In this document: one piece after another, positions 58,100-64,000 of the stretch | Layout: every line of letters begins with the position of its first letter | How positions within the stretch are numbered: the first letter of the stretch is position 1 | IMG/VR virus record: IMGVR_UViG_3300012003_000002 | Location: 33,562 to 97,561 of that record | DNA: 64,000 nt | Origin: a virus | Direction: 5' to 3' (one strand) | Made by a program: the position numbers and the translations under genes | The notes under the pieces: model-generated | Seen by the model: only the letters and a program-made list of their open reading frames with translations | Database searches by the model: none | What the model was told of the DNA's origin: nothing

Positions 58100-59914
58100 A
58101 TGAGTGCTGAAAAAAAAGTAATTACAATAAAAGGAGAAGAGTTATCTATTTCTCAATGTAGAAAATTTAATAAACTTTATTATAAAATAGGAGATATTAA
58201 TATTCAAAATTCAGGAGATTGTTATTTAATTAATGGTAAATGTTATCGAGAAGAAACAGGATTAGTTGTTTATAATTATAGTATGAAAGAATATGTTATT
58301 TTAGATAATACAGTAATTCGAGGAATTATTGATATTATAGAAGATACGTTGATAATTGGTTATTTTAATAATAATATTAAATATTCTAAAATAGTAGATA
58401 AAAATAATAATAGTTTTTATTTATTTAATCCAGAAAATTTTAAAGATAATAAAGAATATAGAGAACAATTATCTTCTGGAAATTTTTATCATATATCAAG
58501 ACTTCCATCATATAAATTTAATAGATTATTATTTCCAAGTAAAGATTACAAATATAGTTTACCATATGACTCAAAGGGAATTATAGGAAATAATTTAAAG
58601 AATTATAATGAAAATTACAATCCTGAAATTTCAAAAAGTATTAAGAATTATGCACCTCTATTAGAGAATTTATCATTTGGTTTAGAATTTGAAACAACTA
58701 AAGGATTTATTCCAAACAGAATTCTTAATAAATATGGATTAATTCCTTTAAGAGATGGTTCTATATCTGGTATTGAATATGTTACAGTTCCTATGCAAGG
58801 TGAAAAAGGATTACAATGTACTTCTGATATTCTTAAAGTATTAAAAGAAAGAACTGAATATAATGATGATACTTGTTCATTACATTTACATTTAGGTAAT
58901 GTTCCAAGAACAAAAGAATTTATATTAGCATTTTTTAAAGTGGGTATGAAAATTCAAGATGAAATATTTGAAATGTTTCCTTTGTATAAAAAATATAATT
59001 ATCATATTAAGAATAAAAATTATTCTGCACCATTACCAACTTTTGAAATTTTATCACAATTAGATCCTAGTATTAATTCAAGTAATATAGATGAAAATTT
59101 TGGAGTATTGTATAAATATTTATCAATGGGTCAAGATTTTAAATCTGTTGATAACGATCTTAATAATGTTTTAAGTCATCCAGCAGATCCAAATGGTAAT
59201 CAAAAGTGGAATATAAAATTTCGATATTATTTGTATAATATAATCCCGTTAATATTTGGTAATAAGCAAACTATTGAATTTAGAATTCATACTCCTACTT
59301 ATGATGTAAATAAAATATTTCCATTTATATTTATGAATAGTTTAATAGTTAATTTTACAATAAGAAATCAAGAAAATATTTTAAAAAACAAATCTTTTTT
59401 AAAAGAATTTGATATAACTGATATTTTATATAATCAAATTGAAATATATAATATTTCAAATAAAAGTCAATTTCGAGATTTAATTTATGAATATATTGAA
59501 AAAAGAAAAAATCATTGTGAAAAACAGATTTTAAAAGGAAATATTTTAGGTACTGAATCTGAAATACCAGCTCCAACTAATATTAATTGGTTAAATACTC
59601 AAGTAATTAAGAAAAATCCTTATTTAGATTCATATGTTGAACCACCTTCATATATAAAGAAATCATATACAATTAAAAAAACACCTGTAGTTAAAAAAGT
59701 TGATAATAATCCTGGAGATGTTGATGAATTATTACATACTGTAAAAAATTCTATATATAGTATAGGTAATATAAATTTTAATAATATACAGTATAATACT
59801 TCTACAGGTTTTATTAGTTATTCTGATGCAGTTTTTTTAGATAATCCTGTAATAATAGATAAAATAGAAAAAGTAGAACCTATAAAACAAGAATCAAATG
59901 ATCTCCCTTTCTAA
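58100..59914 (+). CDS. Putative amidoligase (glutamine synthetase/glutamate-cysteine ligase-like COOH-NH2 ligase)
   Basis: FGLEFET, RDGSI.G.EYVT, CSLHLH, TIEFR; likely start ATG 58100. Confidence 0.8.
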   Translation: MSAEKKVITIKGEELSISQCRKFNKLYYKIGDINIQNSGDCYLINGKCYREETGLVVYNYSMKEYVILDNTVIRGIIDIIEDTLIIGYFNNNIKYSKIVDKNNNSFYLFNPENFKDNKEYREQLSSGNFYHISRLPSYKFNRLLFPSKDYKYSLPYDSKGIIGNNLKNYNENYNPEISKSIKNYAPLLENLSFGLEFETTKGFIPNRILNKYGLIPLRDGSISGIEYVTVPMQGEKGLQCTSDILKVLKERTEYNDDTCSLHLHLGNVPRTKEFILAFFKVGMKIQDEIFEMFPLYKKYNYHIKNKNYSAPLPTFEILSQLDPSINSSNIDENFGVLYKYLSMGQDFKSVDNDLNNVLSHPADPNGNQKWNIKFRYYLYNIIPLIFGNKQTIEFRIHTPTYDVNKIFPFIFMNSLIVNFTIRNQENILKNKSFLKEFDITDILYNQIEIYNISNKSQFRDLIYEYIEKRKNHCEKQILKGNILGTESEIPAPTNINWLNTQVIKKNPYLDSYVEPPSYIKKSYTIKKTPVVKKVDNNPGDVDELLHTVKNSIYSIGNINFNNIQYNTSTGFISYSDAVFLDNPVIIDKIEKVEPIKQESNDLPF

Positions 59915-60599
59915 AAATAAAAGTAGTTTTGATTGGAGAAAAGAATTGTGTTTAGATTGGTCAACAGCTTTATCTGAATTACTAGATTCTGAATACTCAG
60001 AAAATTTAGGTAATTTTATAGAACAAGTTTATTTATCTGGTAAAGAAGTTTATCCTATAAAAAGTAGATTATTTCAACCTTTTAAACAATGTTCTTTAAA
60101 AGATGTAAAAATTGTTGTAATTGATAATAGACCTGTTAAAGATCTAAGATCTTCAGGGATAGGTAGAGGTATAATGGAAACCTCTTCTTTAATTGCAGAC
60201 TTACCTATAGAATTAAGGGAAGTTAGAGATTGTATTTATGAGACAATATATGGTAATCAATATAGTATAACTAATTTTGATAATAGTCTTGATGACTATT
60301 GTGATGAAGATATGTTATTTTTAAATTGTTCAATGTGTGTTGAAAAAGATAAAGATTATACAACTATTTGGAAACATTTTATTCGTAATGTGATTCAAGA
60401 AATTAATAAAAGAAAAGAAAAAGTTGTATATGTATTTTTAACAGGAGATAATTTAGATTTGCGTCAATATATTGATGAAAACAAGAATAAAGTTATTATA
60501 AACCAATTTTCAATGTTAATGAGTTATTCCACTATTTTTATAGAATTAGATGAATATATAGAAAATAATTATCCACATTATTCTAGAATACAATGGTAG
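59898..60599 (+). CDS. Uracil-DNA glycosylase-like protein, catalytic motifs degenerate
   Basis: W...L, VYP....LFQPF, DVKIVV, SL..Y...MLFLN, W..F, final IQW match the family 1 UDG layout; GQDPY and HPSP are absent. Confidence 0.65.
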   Translation: MISLSKNKSSFDWRKELCLDWSTALSELLDSEYSENLGNFIEQVYLSGKEVYPIKSRLFQPFKQCSLKDVKIVVIDNRPVKDLRSSGIGRGIMETSSLIADLPIELREVRDCIYETIYGNQYSITNFDNSLDDYCDEDMLFLNCSMCVEKDKDYTTIWKHFIRNVIQEINKRKEKVVYVFLTGDNLDLRQYIDENKNKVIINQFSMLMSYSTIFIELDEYIENNYPHYSRIQW

Positions 60600-61069
60600 A
60601 TAATGAATTAATTTGGGTTCCTTACAACACTCCAGCTTTAAAAAACTCAAAAGTTAAAACAAGTAGAGGTATATTTAGTTCTCCTACTGTTAAAAAGTAT
60701 TTGAGAAAGTTAGGAATCCAAAGTTATTCTTCTAGTAAAAAAACAGTATTGGGATATGTTACAAGACCAAATGAATTTGAAAAACTTCGAGAACAATTTG
60801 AAAAAGCATTATTAAATAAAGGATTTCCTATATTAATATGTTTTCATTTTATTCGAGACAGTAAAAGATTATTTGATTTTGGGAACGCAACAGAAATAAT
60901 ATTCGATTTGCTTACAGCACACGATATTATTCCTGATGATAACATATCATTTATATTCCCATCAATTATGACAGTTGATGGGATTTTACCAAATGAAGAA
61001 AATATTAGAGAATTAGAGTGGTATTCAATTAATAAAGAATGTCCAGGTGTCTGGATTAAAATATTATAA
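60593..61069 (+). CDS. RusA-like Holliday junction resolvase
   Basis: P.LKNSK, F.RDSKRLFDFGN....FDLL...IIPDDN, PGVWI. Confidence 0.65.
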   Translation: MVDNELIWVPYNTPALKNSKVKTSRGIFSSPTVKKYLRKLGIQSYSSSKKTVLGYVTRPNEFEKLREQFEKALLNKGFPILICFHFIRDSKRLFDFGNATEIIFDLLTAHDIIPDDNISFIFPSIMTVDGILPNEENIRELEWYSINKECPGVWIKIL

Positions 61070-61072
61070 TTT

Positions 61073-61860
61073 ATGGGATGTCATACGTGGTTTTATAGAA
61101 AAAAAGAACGTAATCAAAAAGAAGCTAAACAAAGTTGTTTAAGATTATTAAGAAAATCTGAAAAGTTAAATCTTAATATTTTAACAGATGGAAATTATAA
61201 GGGTTTAGATTGGTCTAATTGGACGGAAAGTGAATTAATAAAACACGACTCTTATCTAAAAAGACAAATAAGAATGGTTAAGAATAATTTCTGTCAAAGA
61301 GCTGTATGGAATCATCAAGATGATAAAAATTTAACAGAATATATAGACGGAAAAGGTTTTTATATGGAAACTGGTTTTCACGATACATTTAGAAAATACG
61401 GTTATCCTGAAGATAAATTATTTTCTTTACAAGAAACTTTAGATTATATAAATAATCCTAAAAATGATTGTACTATTTATGAAAATACAATCGAAAGATT
61501 AAAAGAATTTTGGGATAAATATCCCGATGGAATGATTGAATTTGGATAAAATAATTTAATTAAATAAAAATGAAAAAAGAACTATTACAAAAGATTAGTG
61601 GGTTATGTTGTTTTGCGTTAGAAGATAAAGAAGTTATTAAATTACAAACATATTTATTATTAGAAGATTATACATCTGCTAGAATATATTTAGATAAACT
61701 TATTGATAATCTAGAATTTTGTTTAGCCTTTGATGAAGATTGTGAAATTACTAAAAAATCTTTATTAGATACTAATTCACTAATGGATTTAGTAATAGAA
61801 CTAACAATTGTAAATGAAAGAGATAAAGGAGAAGAACAAGTTAGAACAGTTACTGAGTAA
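61073..61860 (+). CDS. Two hypothetical proteins (61073-61549, 61570-61860)
   Basis: ORF track. Confidence 0.55.
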
Positions 61861-62845
61861 TGAAGAGAATATAGATTTAAAATTATCGTATTCTCGTATA
61901 TCAGATTTTGATAGAAATGGACCAAAAGCTTTAATCCGTCCCTCCAATCCTGAAGGTGATGGATTAAGATTTGGTTCTTATGTAGATGATTTATTAGTAG
62001 ATAAAGTTACAAATAATAATTTATGTAAAGATTTATATGTTGTTTATGATGATAATAAACCAACTGCGACATTAGGTACATTATGTGATATTATTATAGA
62101 TAATTATGATAAAATACCTGATAAAGATACAGTTTTAAAAATTGTAAACCATAATGGATTTTGGAGTAAAATGAAAGATGATACTAAAATTAAACAATTT
62201 GATGTAAATGAATTTTGGGATTATGTTAAAATTAAACTTGAAACAAAAGATAAAATTGTAGTTACACAAAAAGAATCACAAGATGCTGAAGAATGTGTAA
62301 ATTTATTATTAAATCATAAACATACACATCATTTATTTAATAACGATTTTGAAAATCATTATCAATATAAATTTGAATTTCCTTATAAAGGATTTAATTT
62401 AAGAGGTATAATTGATAAAATGTCAATTGATCATAAGAATAAAATTGTTTGTATGGAAGATATTAAAACTGGTTCATCAAGAGCTGATGAATTTACAAAA
62501 AGTTTTATTAAATATTGCTATTATTTTCAAGAAGGAGTTTATACAAAAGCATTTGATAGTATTTGTGAACAATTAGGATTAGTTGATTACACATTAGCAC
62601 CATTTAAATTTATTTTTATAGGTAGAGGTGAAAAAGTTCCTCACATATTTGAAATAAGTGATAAATGGCATAATGCAGCAATTAATGGTTTTACAACAAA
62701 AGCTGGTTATAAATATAAAGGTTTAGATGAAAATTTAGATCTAATTTATTATCATTGGAAAAATAAACTTTATGATTTTAGTCAAGAAGTTTATGAGAAT
62801 AACGGAAGTTTAATATTAAATGATGATTTTATAGAAGTAAATTAA
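61814..62845 (+). CDS. PD-(D/E)XK exonuclease (RecB/RecE-like)
   Basis: LSYSRI, FGS..D, RGIIDK, EDIKT, Y.FQ..VY. Confidence 0.75.
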   Translation: MKEIKEKNKLEQLLSNEENIDLKLSYSRISDFDRNGPKALIRPSNPEGDGLRFGSYVDDLLVDKVTNNNLCKDLYVVYDDNKPTATLGTLCDIIIDNYDKIPDKDTVLKIVNHNGFWSKMKDDTKIKQFDVNEFWDYVKIKLETKDKIVVTQKESQDAEECVNLLLNHKHTHHLFNNDFENHYQYKFEFPYKGFNLRGIIDKMSIDHKNKIVCMEDIKTGSSRADEFTKSFIKYCYYFQEGVYTKAFDSICEQLGLVDYTLAPFKFIFIGRGEKVPHIFEISDKWHNAAINGFTTKAGYKYKGLDENLDLIYYHWKNKLYDFSQEVYENNGSLILNDDFIEVN

Positions 62846-63432
62846 TGAGTAGAGAAATAGAAAACACAAAGAAGCTTCGTTTTAATAAATCGAAGACTTA
62901 CTTATTGCCATTATTATCAGAAGTACTAGATTTAAATATTAAATTTTTACCATATCTTATCAATACATATTTATTTGATGAAAATAATGAATATGAAAAT
63001 TGTATATTTATATTACACGAATTCAATTTTAAAAATCCTGAATTCACTAAATATGAACACAAACTTACAAATAATAACTTATTTGTAAAACATATTGATA
63101 TAGATGATAAAGTGGTATATATATTTAAATTCCCAGAAGAATATCTTAATGAATATAATTGTTTATTAAATAGTCAGTACTCTAACTTTGGAGATGATGC
63201 TAAACAATTAATTTTAAGATTCTGGGCTGAAGTATATTCTGGTAATTCTGCAGGTGTAAACTTTCTACTAAAAGTAAAACAAATTTTATATAAAGATCAA
63301 AAATTAAAAGAGAGGTTACAAAAAGAATTAGGAGTTATTTTAGATAATAACCAAGAATTAGGGGATTATGTTAATTCTCACAATGAAGTCTTCTTTATTG
63401 AAGATTTTAAACAAATTAAAATTATAAATTAA
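62845..63432 (+). CDS. Hypothetical protein
   Basis: 195 aa coupled ORF. Confidence 0.55.
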   Translation: MSREIENTKKLRFNKSKTYLLPLLSEVLDLNIKFLPYLINTYLFDENNEYENCIFILHEFNFKNPEFTKYEHKLTNNNLFVKHIDIDDKVVYIFKFPEEYLNEYNCLLNSQYSNFGDDAKQLILRFWAEVYSGNSAGVNFLLKVKQILYKDQKLKERLQKELGVILDNNQELGDYVNSHNEVFFIEDFKQIKIIN

Positions 63433-63444
63433 AACACTATATAT

Positions 63445-63780
63445 TTGGAATTAGATAAAAAAATATTATCAGACATAACTATACATACAAAATATTCAAA
63501 ATTTTTACCTGAAAAAGAAAGGAGGGAAAGTTGGGAAGAGTTAGTAAGTAGAAATATGGAGATGCATATTAAAAAATATCCACAATTAGAAAAAAATATA
63601 GAAAAAATTTATAAAGAATATGTATTTACAAAAAAAGTTTTACCATCAATGCGTAGTTTGCAATTTGGCGGTAGAGCAATCGAGCTTAATAATGCACGGA
63701 TTTATAATTGTGCTTTCCTACCTATTGACGACATTCGTAGCTTTTCAGAAACGATGTTCTTATTACTTGGTGGAACGGGT
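63445..63780 (+). CDS. nrdJ: Class II (B12-dependent) ribonucleotide reductase, exon 1
   Basis: KY....RRESWEE.V.R, VLPSMRSLQFGG, YNCAF, MFLLLGGTG; frame closes just after GGT. Confidence 0.75.
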
Positions 63781-64000
63781 AAAATAAATGCTTAAAAATT
63801 AGGAATTGTCATATTTTTTCACTATATTTGTATAAATTAAATTTATATAGATATGGAAGTTAAAATATATGTATTAAAAGATCCTATGACTAATGAAATT
63901 AGATATATAGGAAGAACTAAAAATTTTTTAAATAAACGATTAAATGGTCATCTATCTAAAGCTAAAACAAATAAAATAAAAACACATAAAGATAATTGGC
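63781..64000 (+). mobile_element. Probable group I intron in nrdJ (truncated by window end)
   Basis: Exon ends in U; possible P1 GGGU/A-AAAUAAA-UGCUU; internal promoter 63799-63830 and a GIY-YIG ORF. Confidence 0.6.
63853..64000 (+). CDS. GIY-YIG homing endonuclease, N-terminal part (not in ORF track)
   Basis: MEVKIYVLKDPMTNEIRYIGRT....KRL.GH; open to window end. Confidence 0.8.
   Translation, partial: MEVKIYVLKDPMTNEIRYIGRTKNFLNKRLNGHLSKAKTNKIKTHKDNW

Noticed and set aside
1-64000. Stop-codon reassignment (TAG or TGA) as in some crAss-like phages
   Set aside because: Long core genes are intact under the standard code; the two breaks seen are explained by introns; no suppressor tRNA found.
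1-64000. CRISPR array or diversity-generating retroelement
   Set aside because: No regularly spaced repeat-spacer array, reverse transcriptase or adenine-specific TR/VR pair noticed.

Overview
A 64 kb piece of a very AT-rich lytic phage genome with crAss-like (Crassvirales-type) organisation. The host is probably a Bacteroidota (Flavobacteriia-like) bacterium, judged from TAnnTTTG promoters, SD-less A-rich start contexts and a Bacteroidota-style tmRNA. The standard genetic code fits throughout. The left arm (1 to ~30.95 kb, minus strand) is the late module: GroES/GroEL chaperonins, large terminase, portal, scaffold-like protein, major capsid protein, ring/tail proteins, a repeat-built tail fibre, a lysis cassette and free-standing homing endonucleases. 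The right arm (~31.1 kb to the end, plus strand) opens with a largely non-coding region tiled with helix-closed RNA structures, including a complete tmRNA with a 27-aa tag and tRNA-like fragments. Small early genes follow, then replication genes (PolB, SF4 helicase, AAA ATPase, primase). Next is a ~10 kb amide/peptide-ligase island: GNAT, two gamma-glutamyl cyclotransferase-like proteins, two class I amidotransferase/peptidase C26 proteins, an ATP-grasp ligase, a phiEco32-type COOH-NH2 ligase split by a group I intron carrying a LAGLIDADG ORF, an Ntn amidotransferase with a hydrophobic pro-peptide, and a second amidoligase. The window ends with UDG-like, RusA-like and PD-(D/E)XK genes and the start of an intron-interrupted class II ribonucleotide reductase. 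The best candidates for undescribed biology are the RNA toolkit (long-tag tmRNA, a 59-nt alanine-identity mini-tRNA, an atypical tRNA, several orphan structured RNAs) and the expanded ligase island. All product calls come from motif recognition by eye, not database searches.
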